From Candidatus Latescibacterota bacterium (GTDB lineage: Bacteria; Latescibacterota; UBA2968; GCA-2709665), in the NCBI GenBank assembly GCA_965248435.1, contig OZ252100.1, positions 832,001 through 896,000 of the forward strand: 64,000 bases of DNA, in the 5' to 3' direction. Below the pieces are notes generated by a model. That model was given only the letters and a program-made list of their open reading frames with translations, was not told the DNA's origin and ran no database searches. The position numbers and the translations under genes were made by a program. Of this stretch, positions 36,901 through 48,500 are shown piece after piece. Each line of letters starts with the position of its first letter. The stretch's first letter is position 1.

Positions 36901-38787
36901 TCACGATCCACGGCCCGAAAGGCCTTCCCATTCCCCGAAGCGCGCCTCTATCTGTGACTGGATCTCGGTCTTCTTTCTTGTGATCTCGTCGAGCCGATCC
37001 CAATCGCGCGCCACGGCTTCGGACTGCGTTTCCTCGTCCAGAAAGCGGACTGCTTCTTCGAGCTCGCTGATCTGTTCCTGAAGTTCGGCCATCCGTCGCT
37101 GGCGACGCTCCTCTTCGCGCTGACTGCGCCTGGCCTCCTTGTAGGACGCCTTTTTCTTGGACCTTTCTTCAGACTCCTCGACGACCGGCTTCGCGGCCTG
37201 CTCCCTGCGACGCTGCCAGGCGTCGTAATTTCCTTCCACGAGCGTCCACGTCCCATGCTCCAGGACCAGCAGCCGGTCGACGAGGCGATTGAGGAAATAT
37301 CGGTCGTGCGACACAGCCACGAACGTCCCACCGTAGTGCTCGAGGGCCGCCTCAAGGACGATGCGAGACGGAATGTCCAGGTGATTCGTCGGCTCGTCAA
37401 GAATCAGGAGGTTGGATCTGGCGCGAAGGAGCTTGGCCAGCGCGACACGAGCCTGCTCCCCGCCGCTGAGCGTGCCCACCTTCTGTTCCACCTCATCCCC
37501 CGAGAAGAGGAACGCCCCGCACACTGTCTTGATCTCCCCGACCAGCGCGCTCGGCGTCACCTCCCAGACCTCCTCGAGCACGGTGCGGTTCGGATCCAGG
37601 TCCTGACGGTCCTGGTCGTACTTTCCGATCTCGATTCCAGCCCCGAGCCTCGCGGAGCCTGAGTCGGGTTCCAGATCGCCCGTGATGAGCCGAAGAAGCG
37701 TCGTCTTTCCCGACCCGTTGGGCCCGACGATGCCCAGTCGCTCTCCACGGCTGATCAAAAGCTCGACGTTCTCGAACAGCACCAGATCCCCGTAGGCCTT
37801 TGAGGCCCCAGAGACCTCGAGAACGAGGTCGCCTCCCCGGGCCTTGGGCGCGAACGAGAGGGCCATGTCTCTCTGTTTGCGAGGCCGGTCCGCCCGTTCC
37901 AGGCGCTCCAATGCCTTCCGCCGGCTCTGGGCCTGCTTGGTCTTCTGTCCAGCAATATTCTTTCTGATGAATGCTTCCGTCTCCTGGATGTAGGCCTGCT
38001 GTGCGCCGAATGCCTTCTGAGCCCGGGCCCTTCGCTTTTCTCTCTCATCATAATAATATGTAAAGGCGCCGGCATAATGCGAGAGCGCCCCTTCCTCGAG
38101 TTCGATAATCTCCGTGACTGCGCGATCCAGGAAATAGCGGTCGTGTGAAACGACGACAAAGGCGCCGCTGTAGCTCTCCAGATAACCCTCCAGCCATTCC
38201 ACCGTCTGCAAATCCAGGTGGTTCGTCGGCTCGTCGAGCAGGAGGAGATCCGGTTCCTTCGCCAGCAGCTGGGCCAGGGCCAGGCGGTTCTTCTGGCCAC
38301 CGCTCAGCACATCGACCGGCTTGTCCAGGTCGGACTCGGCGAACCCCACGCCGTTGAGCACCGCCTTCGCGCGGGCCTCCAGGGTGTACCCACCCTCCCG
38401 CTCGTAGCGATCGTGAAGGTGGCCGTATTCGTCCAGGACCTCCTTTCCGCTCTCGCCCGAGGCCATCACGTCTTCCAGCTCCCGCAGACGACCCTGGATG
38501 TCCAGCATATCCTGAAATCCGGCCAGGGCCGAGCGCAGTACTGTGGACTCACTCCTGAGCTCAGGCTCCTGAGGAAGATGGGCGATCTTCAGGCCTCTGG
38601 AGCGGTAGACCGCGCCTCGATCGGGCGTCTCAACGCCGGTCAGGACGTGAAACAGCGTCGTCTTGCCGCACCCGTTCCTCCCCACAAGGCCAATCCGATG
38701 GCGCGGCTCGACCTTCCACGTGATCCCGGTCAGGACTTCGTTTCCACCGAACGATTTGTAGACATCATCAAGTTGTATCAGCGGCAT
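36901..38787 (-). CDS. ABC-F family ATP-binding protein
   Basis: Two ABC domains (GRNGCGKTT/LSGGQ/LDEPTNHLD and GPNGSGKTT/LSGGE/LDEPTNHLD), inter-ABC linker, C-terminal coiled coil, no TM segments. Confidence 0.95.
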   Translation of the reverse strand: MPLIQLDDVYKSFGGNEVLTGITWKVEPRHRIGLVGRNGCGKTTLFHVLTGVETPDRGAVYRSRGLKIAHLPQEPELRSESTVLRSALAGFQDMLDIQGRLRELEDVMASGESGKEVLDEYGHLHDRYEREGGYTLEARAKAVLNGVGFAESDLDKPVDVLSGGQKNRLALAQLLAKEPDLLLLDEPTNHLDLQTVEWLEGYLESYSGAFVVVSHDRYFLDRAVTEIIELEEGALSHYAGAFTYYYDEREKRRARAQKAFGAQQAYIQETEAFIRKNIAGQKTKQAQSRRKALERLERADRPRKQRDMALSFAPKARGGDLVLEVSGASKAYGDLVLFENVELLISRGERLGIVGPNGSGKTTLLRLITGDLEPDSGSARLGAGIEIGKYDQDRQDLDPNRTVLEEVWEVTPSALVGEIKTVCGAFLFSGDEVEQKVGTLSGGEQARVALAKLLRARSNLLILDEPTNHLDIPSRIVLEAALEHYGGTFVAVSHDRYFLNRLVDRLLVLEHGTWTLVEGNYDAWQRRREQAAKPVVEESEERSKKKASYKEARRSQREEERRQRRMAELQEQISELEEAVRFLDEETQSEAVARDWDRLDEITRKKTEIQSQIEARFGEWEGLSGRGS

Positions 38788-38880
38788 GGCGAAAAGATGG
38801 GAATTTAAGGGCAATCAGTCAAGGTAACGCATCTCGAGGATGAAGAATTCGGGGCATGGTCATGATATCAACTCCGCCAT

Positions 38881-39037
38881 TTTGGAGTATTGGAAAGATC
38901 TTGCCTTTCCATGACACGATTGCTCAAATCTTCTAATACTCCAGCTTTAAGCATCCTGATTCTGGAGTATTGGAAGAACCCTCATGTATCTTGTTTCCCA
39001 TTACTCCAATACTCCATTGCTCCAACACTCCGATTCC
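38881..39037. repeat. Inverted arrays of degenerate 8-mer tandem repeats (TGGAGTAT / ATACTCCA)
   Basis: TTGGAGTATTGG...TAATACTCCAG...CTGGAGTATTGG...CCATTACTCCAATACTCCATTGCTCCAACACTCC in the divergent ABC-F/putA gap. Confidence 0.7.
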
Positions 39038-39106
39038 CTCAGCGATCAAATTATTAGTTATCTTTCCAGTTCTCGAGAAACCGGCTCGAACCGAAATAGG
39101 AGTCCG

Positions 39107-42094
39107 ATGTCCACATTGCAGGCAGATAGAGATCTCGATCTGGAACAGAAGATCCGCGAACTCGGCGAGGCCCTTTGGGCCAAAGCGCAGGGCGAGGTCC
39201 CTTCCCTCTTCGACAAATCCTACTGGCAGGGACGGATGATGGAGTGGGCCATGCGGGACCCGGAGTTCAAGCTGGATCTCTTCCGTTTCGTCGACGTCCT
39301 GCCGGTCCTCCAAAACCGGGCTCAGGTGACGCAGCACGTCCGGGAGTACCTCCTCAAAGGGGACAGGCGGCTTCCGGGCGTGGTCAACCTCGCGCTGAAC
39401 GCCGCCTGGGGAAACCTGGCCTCCGGTCTCGCGAGTCGGACCATCAGGAATAACGTGGCCGACATGGCCAGGCGATTTATCGTCGGCCGAGACCCGAAGG
39501 AGGCGATTCATGCGCTGAAGGAAATGGACAGCAACGGCCTCGCGTTTACGGTGGACCTGCTGGGCGAGGCCACGGTGAGCGATGCGGAGGCCGATGTCTA
39601 TCGCACCCGCTATATCGACCTGATCGAGAGCGTCTCCGAATCGGTCTCCGAATGGCCCGAGAACGACATCGTCTGTCGAAATCACCTCGGTCCCATCCCT
39701 CGCGCGAACATCTCACTCAAGGTTTCCGCGCTCTCCGCCCATCTCGATCCAGTGGATCGACCGGGTGCGGTCCGTCACCTCGTCGACCAGGTGCTCCCCC
39801 TCCTGCTTCTCGCCAGGGAGCGGAATGTCTTCGTCAACCTGGACCTCGAGCAGTGGGAACTCCACGGCATCACTTACGACCTGTTCGAAGAGGTCGTCTC
39901 CCACCATGGACTCAGAGACTGGCCTCACCTCGGGGTCGTGGTCCAGGCCTACCTGAAAAGCGCGCCGCAGGACGTGGATCGGCTGCGCTCCATTGCCCGT
40001 TCTCGGGGGACCCCCCTCACGGTCAGGCTCGTCAAAGGGGCCTACTGGGATTTCGAAGTCGTTCGCGCGCGGCAGCACGGCTATCCCTGTCCTGTGTTCA
40101 CGGACAAGGCGACAACCGACGCCCAGTTCGAACAGCTTAGCGGTGTGCTCCTGGAAAACGTGTCGCACCTATTCCCTGCCTTCGGGAGCCACAACCTCCG
40201 CTCCCTGTCTCACGCCCTCACGCTGGCCAAAGCGCGGCGAGTTCCCGAGCGTGCCTTCGAAGTGCAGATGTTATACGGAATGGCCGAGCCCGAGCGCAAC
40301 GCGATCCGCGATCTCGGATATCGGGTCCGGATCTATTCGCCGATCGGGGAACTCCTGCCCGGAATCGCCTATCTGGTCCGGCGTCTCCTTGAAAACACCT
40401 CGAACGAGGGGTTCCTCCGGCTCAAGCACCACGAAGACAGGGAAATCCACGACCTCCTGGAGCCTCCGAAGCCTCGAACGGCCGATGTTGCTCCCTCAGA
40501 CAAGAAGCGGGGGGATCTCACCCCTCCCTTCGAGAATTGTCCCCTCGCCGACTTCGCCGACCCCGAGGTCTGCGACCGCTTCGCCCGGGAGATCAACGCC
40601 ATCCCCGCAAGCCTCCCCCTGGAGATCCCCACCGTCGTCGCGGGAGAGGCCGCTTTTTCCAAGGCGCGCATCGAGCAGGTCTGCCCGAGCGAGGCGGAGC
40701 GTTTAATCACGCGTGTGTCGCTAAGCACAAAGCAGGATGTCGTCCACGCGATCGAGGCCTCGGTGAATGCCTGGCCATCCTGGCGAGACCGGCCCATAGA
40801 ATCACGTGTGGAACTGCTCGATCGGCTGGGTGATCGCCTCGAGGCTGACCGATTCGAACTGGCCGCGCTCCAGACCTTCGAAGAGGGAAAGCCCTGGCGG
40901 GAGGCGGACGGAGACGTGGCAGAGGCCGTCGACTTCTGTCGCTACTATGCCCGGCAGGCCTTGATCGAGCTGACCCCACGGAGGCAGGGAGACATGTGGG
41001 GAGAGAGGAACCTTCTGAGCTACCAGGGCCGCGGGCCTACGGCTGTGATTGCGCCTTGGAACTTTCCGCTCGCCATCCTGTGCGGGATGACGACCGCGGC
41101 CCTCGTCGCCGGGAACCCCGTCCTGATGAAACCGGCCGGGCAGTCGAGCGGGGTCGCCTATGCGTTCTACACACGGATGATCGAAGTCGGCATCCCCGAC
41201 GGCATCGTGCATTTCCTTCCCGGTTCAGGAGGAGAAATCGGCGCCTACATGGTGGGGCATCCCGGGGTCGCGCAGATCGCTTTCACGGGGAGCAAGGAGG
41301 TCGGGCTCTCCATCATCGCGCGCGCCGGTCAGACACAGCCCGGGCAGCCTCAGGTCAAACGCGTCGTCTGTGAAATGGGCGGGAAGAACGCGATTATCGT
41401 AGACGACGACGCAGACCTGGACGAAGCGGTCGCCGGCGTGATGCAGAGCGCCTTCGGCTACGCCGGGCAGAAATGCTCGGCCTGCTCACGCGTGGTCGTC
41501 GTCGGAACCGCCTACGAACCTTTCGTCCGCAGGCTCGTGGAGGCCTGTAGAAGTCTCGTGATCGGGCCCGCACACGACCCATTGTGCGAGCTGGGTCCGG
41601 TGATCGGCGAAGACGCCTATTACCGTCTGAAGGAAGTCATTCTGAACGTGGGGAAATCGGCGCGGCTGCTCTACGTGGGTGAGGCCCCTTCGGGGGGGTA
41701 CTTCGTGGCTCCAGCGCTGTTCGAAGTGGAAGATCCCAAACACAGGCTGATGCAGGAAGAGCTGTTTGGCCCGATCCTCGCACTGATGAAGGTCAGCGAC
41801 TTCGAAGAGGCGCTCGATGCGGCGATGACGTCGGAGTTCGCGTTGACTGGAGGGGTCTACTCGAGATGCCCGAGCCACCTGGCGGCGGCCGAAAAACGAT
41901 TCCGGGTGGGCAACCTCTATCTCAACCGGGGATGTACAGGCGCCGTTGTCCACAGACAGCCGTTCGGGGGGTTCGGGATGAGCGGGGTCGGAACCAAGGC
42001 CGGGGGTCCGGGTTATCTGTTGAACTTCGCGGAGCCGCGCGCCGTTTCCGAGAACACAACGCGAAGAGGATTTACGCCTGATATGGAAGGATGA
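39107..42094 (+). CDS. putA: Bifunctional proline dehydrogenase / P5C (glutamate semialdehyde) dehydrogenase
   Basis: LFRFVDVLP, VRLVKGAYWD, GSHN, AYLVRRLLENTSN; ALDH part PWNFP, FTGS, EMGGKN, GQKCSAC, EELFGP; RBS AGGAG before ATG 39107. Confidence 0.96.
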   Translation: MSTLQADRDLDLEQKIRELGEALWAKAQGEVPSLFDKSYWQGRMMEWAMRDPEFKLDLFRFVDVLPVLQNRAQVTQHVREYLLKGDRRLPGVVNLALNAAWGNLASGLASRTIRNNVADMARRFIVGRDPKEAIHALKEMDSNGLAFTVDLLGEATVSDAEADVYRTRYIDLIESVSESVSEWPENDIVCRNHLGPIPRANISLKVSALSAHLDPVDRPGAVRHLVDQVLPLLLLARERNVFVNLDLEQWELHGITYDLFEEVVSHHGLRDWPHLGVVVQAYLKSAPQDVDRLRSIARSRGTPLTVRLVKGAYWDFEVVRARQHGYPCPVFTDKATTDAQFEQLSGVLLENVSHLFPAFGSHNLRSLSHALTLAKARRVPERAFEVQMLYGMAEPERNAIRDLGYRVRIYSPIGELLPGIAYLVRRLLENTSNEGFLRLKHHEDREIHDLLEPPKPRTADVAPSDKKRGDLTPPFENCPLADFADPEVCDRFAREINAIPASLPLEIPTVVAGEAAFSKARIEQVCPSEAERLITRVSLSTKQDVVHAIEASVNAWPSWRDRPIESRVELLDRLGDRLEADRFELAALQTFEEGKPWREADGDVAEAVDFCRYYARQALIELTPRRQGDMWGERNLLSYQGRGPTAVIAPWNFPLAILCGMTTAALVAGNPVLMKPAGQSSGVAYAFYTRMIEVGIPDGIVHFLPGSGGEIGAYMVGHPGVAQIAFTGSKEVGLSIIARAGQTQPGQPQVKRVVCEMGGKNAIIVDDDADLDEAVAGVMQSAFGYAGQKCSACSRVVVVGTAYEPFVRRLVEACRSLVIGPAHDPLCELGPVIGEDAYYRLKEVILNVGKSARLLYVGEAPSGGYFVAPALFEVEDPKHRLMQEELFGPILALMKVSDFEEALDAAMTSEFALTGGVYSRCPSHLAAAEKRFRVGNLYLNRGCTGAVVHRQPFGGFGMSGVGTKAGGPGYLLNFAEPRAVSENTTRRGFTPDMEG

Positions 42095-42119
42095 TACGGA
42101 AAGAACTCTGCTTCGCGGT

Positions 42120-42314
42120 CTACACTGACCCGTTTCCAATACGTTGTGCGTAGCTGGACAGCACGACGTGGCGAGGCCCAGACCACTGCGCACCCTCGCG
42201 CACGACCAGCAGGTGGTCTCCTTCGTGCCCCTTTCTCACCTCTTCAACTTCCCCCTCGACCCACGCCATTCCGGCCCCAAAGCCGACACTGTCTCCAGGT
42301 TCAAATCGCGCCAT
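42120..42314 (-). CDS. Small hypothetical protein (64 aa, possibly SH3/KOW-like)
   Basis: RBS GAGGA before ATG 42314; MARFEPGDSVGF...WVEGEVEEV...HLLVV beta-rich pattern. Confidence 0.55.
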   Translation of the reverse strand: MARFEPGDSVGFGAGMAWVEGEVEEVRKGHEGDHLLVVREGAQWSGPRHVVLSSYAQRIGNGSV

Positions 42315-42453
42315 TTCCGTGTCCTCGTTTCTCCGACGGGTATATCCAATGTTTTCGACTGAAAGCGCGATTTCCTTAACCGAGGAGTCTAATCTAATCG
42401 TTTGACCTATTATATAAGTAGTTGATTTTAATACGCTTGATTGTGAAACTAAC

Positions 42454-42487
42454 AAGGGGGATGTCCGGTGCTTGGACATCCCCCTTT
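42454..42487. terminator. Hairpin after the SBBP gene, probable terminator
   Basis: AAGGGGGATGTCC-N7-GGACATCCCCCTTT. Confidence 0.7.
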
Positions 42488-42525
42488 CCGATACTGTTTC
42501 GAAAACTTGGTATTTCAGACTAGAG

Positions 42526-45466
42526 TTACTTGGCGAACACCATCTTTCGCACCGAGACGTTTGCCCCCGCTTCCAGCTGATAGAGATACAGCCCGCTCGA
42601 CACCTCGCGCCCGAGATGATCCCGTCCGTCCCATACGGCGGTATACGCACCCTGGGACTGAGTCGTGTTGACCAATACCCGCACACGCTGACCCAGGGAA
42701 TTGTAGACCGTCAATCTGACGTCCGAAGCCTCGGCCAGGGTGTATCGAATCGTCGTTGATGGATTGAACGGATTTGGAGCGTTCTGGCGGAGCTCGAAAT
42801 TCAGTTTCCCAGAGGTCTCCTGTGCGAACCAGACCCCTGGAGAACCCTTGATCTCATCACCCGGAATCAGATTCTGTAGTCCCTCCCTTTGAGGTCCAGC
42901 CAGAACTGGCTTCGCCGCGGGCACTCCGGTAACCGAGTTGTAGAGCTGTCCATCATCGACACAGGTGCCGCCCTTCTTACCCTGGTCGTGCGGTACACAC
43001 ACCGTCACACTTCCCGGACACGTCGCGCCCTGGCCATCCGATTCAATGAAGGAGATCTCATAGACGCGCCCGTTCCCAGATCCGCCCCCCTTGCCTTTAC
43101 CCTTGCCCCCCTGTCGCTCGGCCCGCACTTGCACAGTTGATGTGCCCACAACTATACCGTCTGGTTCAAAATTACCGTCCCCTGTGTCGTTCACCGGCTC
43201 GTCCTGCGTGATGCCTGTAATGGTGATGGTCAATGGACCGGACACGCCTAGGATCTCGACGTCTACCATTTTGTGGTTGGGGGGCCAGATCAAGTCAATA
43301 CTGGCCACACGATTGACAAACTTCGCCACAAACCCATCCTCGCCACCACCCAAAGTGACATCGAAGGCGCTCACTGTCGGAAAGTCCGTCGAGCCCGTAT
43401 TGCCTGTCAAGTATACTCCAGAAGCGCTCACAGCGATGGCCCGGCTTCCGTCATCGCCGCTGCCGCCGAGGTAGGTGGAGTAGATAAGGGCAGAACCTGT
43501 CGGATTCAGCTTTGTCACAAACGCGTCCCTGACTCCACCAAATGCCTGTATGGAGCTCACCGTGGGGAAATCGGCCGAAAAAGTACCCCCGGCTACGTAT
43601 GCGTTGCTAAAAGCATCCACTGCGATGTCCTCTCCTATGTCACGGGCGCTGCCGCCCAGGTAGGTGGAGTAGACCATAGCGGAACCTGCTGCATTCAGCT
43701 TCGTCGCGAACGCGTCAAGGATTCCTCCTCCATGAGCGGTCTGGAAGGCACTCACCGTGGGGAAGTCGGTTGAACGGGTACGCCCGGACACGTAGGCGTT
43801 GCCGGAAGTGCCCACGACGATGCCCAGGCCGCGATCTCTGCCACTTCCGCCCAGGTAGGTTGAGTAGACAAGGGCGGAACCCGCGGCGTTCAGCTTTGTC
43901 ACAAAACCGTCTCCGCTACCACCATATGCCTGGATGGAGCCCACCGTCGGAAAGTCAGGCGAACCGGTTACGCCCGTCAAGTATGCGTTGCCGGAAGCAT
44001 CCACGACGATGTCAGTGATTCTTTCGAAGCCGCCCCCGCCCAGATAGGTGGAGTAAACAAGGGCGGAACCTGTCGCATTAAGCTTCGCCACATACGCGTC
44101 GGTGCCGCCACCCGAAGTCGCCTGGAAGGGGTTCATCAGGGGAAAGTCAGGCGAAATGGTTTGGTCCGTCACGTATGCGTTTCCAGTCTATGGCGATGTC
44201 CAGGCCTAGTTCGGCGCGGCTTCCACCCAGGTAGGTGGAGTAGACCAGGGCCGAACCTGTTGCGTTCAGCTTCGTCACGAACGCGTCCGATGATCCTCCT
44301 CCATACGCGGCCTGGAAGGGATTCAATGTTGGCAGGTCGGTCGAGTTTGTAAAGCCAGCCACGTAAGCGTTTCCGGAAGCGTCTACAGCGATGTCACCGC
44401 CTCCATCCGTGCCGCTGCCGCCCAGGTATGTGGAGTAGACAATCGCCGAACCTGTCGCATTCAGCTTCGTCACGAACGCATCTTCGGTGCCACCCAAAGT
44501 GACATCGAAAGCGCCCCCTGTCGGAAAGTCGACAGAAGAAGTACTCCCTGTCACGTATGCGCTGCCGGAAGCATCTACGGCGATGCCCCGGCTTCCGTCA
44601 TCGCCGCTACCGCCTAGATAGGTGGAGTAGCTCAATATCGGGTCGATGATGAGTGGCCTGTCGGCATCGTAGGCGGCTATCTGGAAGCCCACCTGGTCCT
44701 TGCCCTGGAGCACATAGCTGCCCGAGATTGCCCGTCTGACACCGTCGACCTCCTGATAGACGATCGGAGCCTTCTGGAGGACATCGCCTTCTGCCATGTG
44801 CAGCGTCAGATTGCCTACGTCATCGAAACTGAGGTCGTCCGCACCCTTAAAGCCCAACCGAATGGCCGCAGGGTCAGCGCCGGGTGAGACGACGAAGTCG
44901 TATTCCAGCTGGCGCTGGTTTCCGTAGAAGACAAGATCTACACCGGGGTAGACGTCGTCGTAGTGCACCCTGGCGTAATTGGGGACATCCGTATGCCAGT
45001 TCTCGAGATCGTTGCCGATAAAGTAATTGCTCTTGCCTGGAAGTTCATCCAGGCCCGCCACCCGAGGCTCAGGATTGGCACCAAGCAGGTGCATCCGCAA
45101 CACGGCATTCGCAGCAGCCTGCGTGTCCCCAGCGTCGGCCATCGCTGGCTGGATATTCATTTCTTCCGAGGTCTCACTTTCGGCAGACTTTAGAGACAGC
45201 ACCGCCTCGGTCGGGCTGAGAAACAGGGTGTAACCTTTACCACGAGACAGGAACTTCACCCGCGAATCCGTCTGGCCTTGATTGGCTTCAAAACTCAACG
45301 GCAATTTGCCGTAGGAATCCACAATCGGGGACTTAGCAGCCTCAGGAGTCTCATCCGAAGCCCGGCCAGATGGGTTCATGATAGTCTGCGAATGAATGAG
45401 GATGAAAAGCAATAGGATACCGACCCCCATCGCACCTGAAATCTGGAGAATCTTACGCGGTTTCAT
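42526..45466 (-). pseudogene. SBBP beta-propeller repeat surface protein with WPPNHKM domain and FlgD-Ig/T9SS-like tail, frameshifted near 44185
   Basis: N-domain LPLSFEANQGQ...LEYDFVV; repeats YSTYLGG...IAVD..GNAYV.G.T.S.DFP continue across ORFs 44147..45466 and 42526..44172. The junction ATA GAC T GGA AAC GCA TAC GTG is about 5 nt shorter than the other repeats. Confidence 0.85.
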
Positions 45467-45572
45467 ACTCTCTTCCCTCCGTTAGGGTGATAAAGCGTGG
45501 AATTCTGAAATGGTTTGTCCGGTAACACAGGAAGTTTATTGTGTCCAAAGCTTGTTCATCACATATACAGAG

Positions 45573-48500
45573 CTACTTTAGCAGGATCATCTTCCCGGTC
45601 GCCACCTTCGCTTCGCTTCTCAACTGATAGATGAAGATCCCGCTGGAGACCTGTCGTCCCGCTTCGTCCGTGCCGTCCCACGGAAGGAAATACTCACCCG
45701 GGTTCTGGGTCTCATTGACAAGCACCCGAACCTCCTGACCCAGCAGATTGTAAATCGTCAGCCGGACGCTGGACGCTTCGGCAAGCGAATACCGGATTGC
45801 CGTGATCGGGTTGAAGGGATTCGGATAGTTCTGGCCAAGACCGAATTCATATGTCTCGGAATGTCCTGACGCGTACCCTGTAAGCGCGCGTTTTGCCGCG
45901 ACGGGCTTTGAGGCCGGTGGATTTTCTGCCTCGATCGACGCGACAATCGTCTGTGCCAGGGCAATCAACGCGTCCGCCTCCTCTACTGAAATCTTCTTTC
46001 CGCTCTGCGCGTTCACGGAATTGATGAACGCGTTCATCTGGTTTATCGCTGTCTCAGGTTTCCCCTTATCGAGCGACTTGAAAGCGCCGTCCAGTTTGCT
46101 GTTCAGGCTGTTCTTGGTCCCCTCGGGCGCACTCAATTCATCCACCTGCGTCATCAATTCCGTTCCGGCTGCAGCAGGGCTCAAAACCTCGACCGCCACG
46201 CTCTCACTTCCCGAATCGTCCTCGTCCGACACCGTGAGCGTGAGCGTGAAAGTACCGGGATCGGCATAGGTATGCACGGCCTGAGCAATGCCGGAGCCAC
46301 CGGCTTCGATGATTGTCCCCGCATCCGTGATGCCATCCCCGAAATTCCAGAGGCCCGTGTGCGTGTCCAACACACCCGGATCATCGAAAGTGCCGCTGAA
46401 GTCGAAGGGCACGCCGACCAGAATCAGGTCCAGGATCGGATCGATGCTCACTGCCGGGGGCGCGTTGTCCACCGTCACCTGCTTCGTCACCTGGTCTTCG
46501 CCGTCTTCGTTGTCTTTTACCGTCAAACTGACGACCGGCGTGCCGTTGTCTTCAAACGTGTGGGTGACGGTTGGCACCGTTGTGAGGACCGCGGCGGTCC
46601 CGTCTCCGAAGTCCCAAGTATAGAGAACGATCGTTCCATCGATGTCAGTTGTTCCGGACGCGACGAATGTGGCCGCCGCACCCTCCGAAATGGCGGCAGG
46701 AACCACGAGCACAGCAACCGGCAGGTCGTTAACGGACTCCACCGTAATTGTAAATACCTGGGGCGCCGACAGGTCTATTCCTCCGTTGGCCGACCCCCCG
46801 TCGTCTCGCAGCTCTACGTTGACTGTAGCGCTGCCGTTGGCATTATCCGCCGGCGTGTAGGTCAACGTTCCCGATGCATCGATATCAGGTCCGAGCGCAA
46901 ATAGAAGATTGTTATCGTGGGTGATTTCGAAGCTAAGCGTTTGACCCGACTCATCCGGCGGACCTGCAGAAAGATTCGCCGCGAACCCGGCGACACTCTG
47001 GGGCCCCGCATCTTCCAGGACAGTTTGATCTCCCCCAGCGGCGAAAGAGGGCGCGTCGTTCACCGGGTCTACGGTTATCGTGAAGGTCTGTGCAGGAGAT
47101 TGGTCCACGCCCCCGTCGGCTGTGCCGCCGTCGTCTCTAAGCTCGATGGTAACGGTCGCGCCGCCGTTGCCATCATCGGCAGGTGTATAAGTTAGGTCTC
47201 CGGTCGCCGGGTCGATCGCCGGCTGCACGATGAACAGGCTATTGTCGTCGTTCGTGACGTCGAACGTCAGTGTCTGCGCTGCCTCGTCCGGCGGACCGGC
47301 CGTGATGCTTGTAGCGAACCCGGCGACGGTCTGTGCTCCGGCATCCTCCAGCGCGGTCTGATCCCCTCCTGCCGCGAAGGACGGCGCATCGTTGACCGGT
47401 GTAACGGTGATCGTGAACGTCTGCTGCGGGGCGGTGTCCACCCCGCCATTAGCCGTCCCACCGTCATCGCTCAGCGCCACCGTGACCGTCGTGCTGCCGT
47501 TGGCATCAGGGGCGGCATCATAGGTCAAGTCACCCGTTGCCAGATCGATCGCGGGCTGGACCGCGAACAATGAATTGTCGTCGTTGGTTACCAGTAAAGT
47601 CAGTGTCTGCCCGGACTCGTTGGCCGGTCCAGCGCTCGTTGTCGCAAAGCTCGCAACACTCTGGGGACCGGCATCCTCCAGGACAGTCTGATCCCCCGCC
47701 AGTGTAAGCGTGGGCGCGTCGTTGACCGGTGTTATGGTGAGGTCAAACGTCACAGATGGTGAGGCATCCACACCGCCATTGGCTGTCCCGACGTCGTCGC
47801 GCAATACGACAGTGACCGTGGTGGTCCCGTAGGCATCATCGGCCGGCGTATACGTCAAGTCGCCAGTCGCCGCGTTGATGGCCGGCTGCGTCGCGAACAG
47901 GCTATTGTCGTCGTTTGTGACGTCGAACGTCAGTGTCTGTCCCGCTTCGTCCGATGGACCGGCCGAGATACTCGTGGCAAAGCCGGCAACGGACTGGGCC
48001 ACGGCATCTTCCAGCACGCTCTGATCGGGTCCCCCGGCAAAGGATGGCGCGTCGTTGACGGGCGTGAGCGTGATCGTGAACGTCTGCTGTGGTGCGGCAT
48101 CCACCCCGCCATTGGCCGTGCCGCCGTCATCGCTCAGCGCCACCGTGACCGTCGCGATGCCGTTGGCATCAGGGGCGGCATCATAGGTCAAGTCACCCGT
48201 TGCCAGATCGATCGCGGGCTGGACCGCGAACAGAGAATTGTCGTCGTTGGTCACCACCAGGGTCAGTGTCTGCCCGGACTCGTTGGTCGGTCCTGCGCTG
48301 GTTGTTGCAAAAACGGCGACGCTCTGAGGTCCGGCATCCTCCAGGACGGCCTGATCCCCCGCCAGTGCAAGCGTGGGCGCGTCGTTGACCGGCGTTATGG
48401 TGAGGTCAAACGTCACAGGCGGTGAGGCATCCACGCCCCCATTGGCTGTTCCTCCGTCGTCCCTCAGTACCACGGTGACGGTCGCCCCACCGTTCGCATC

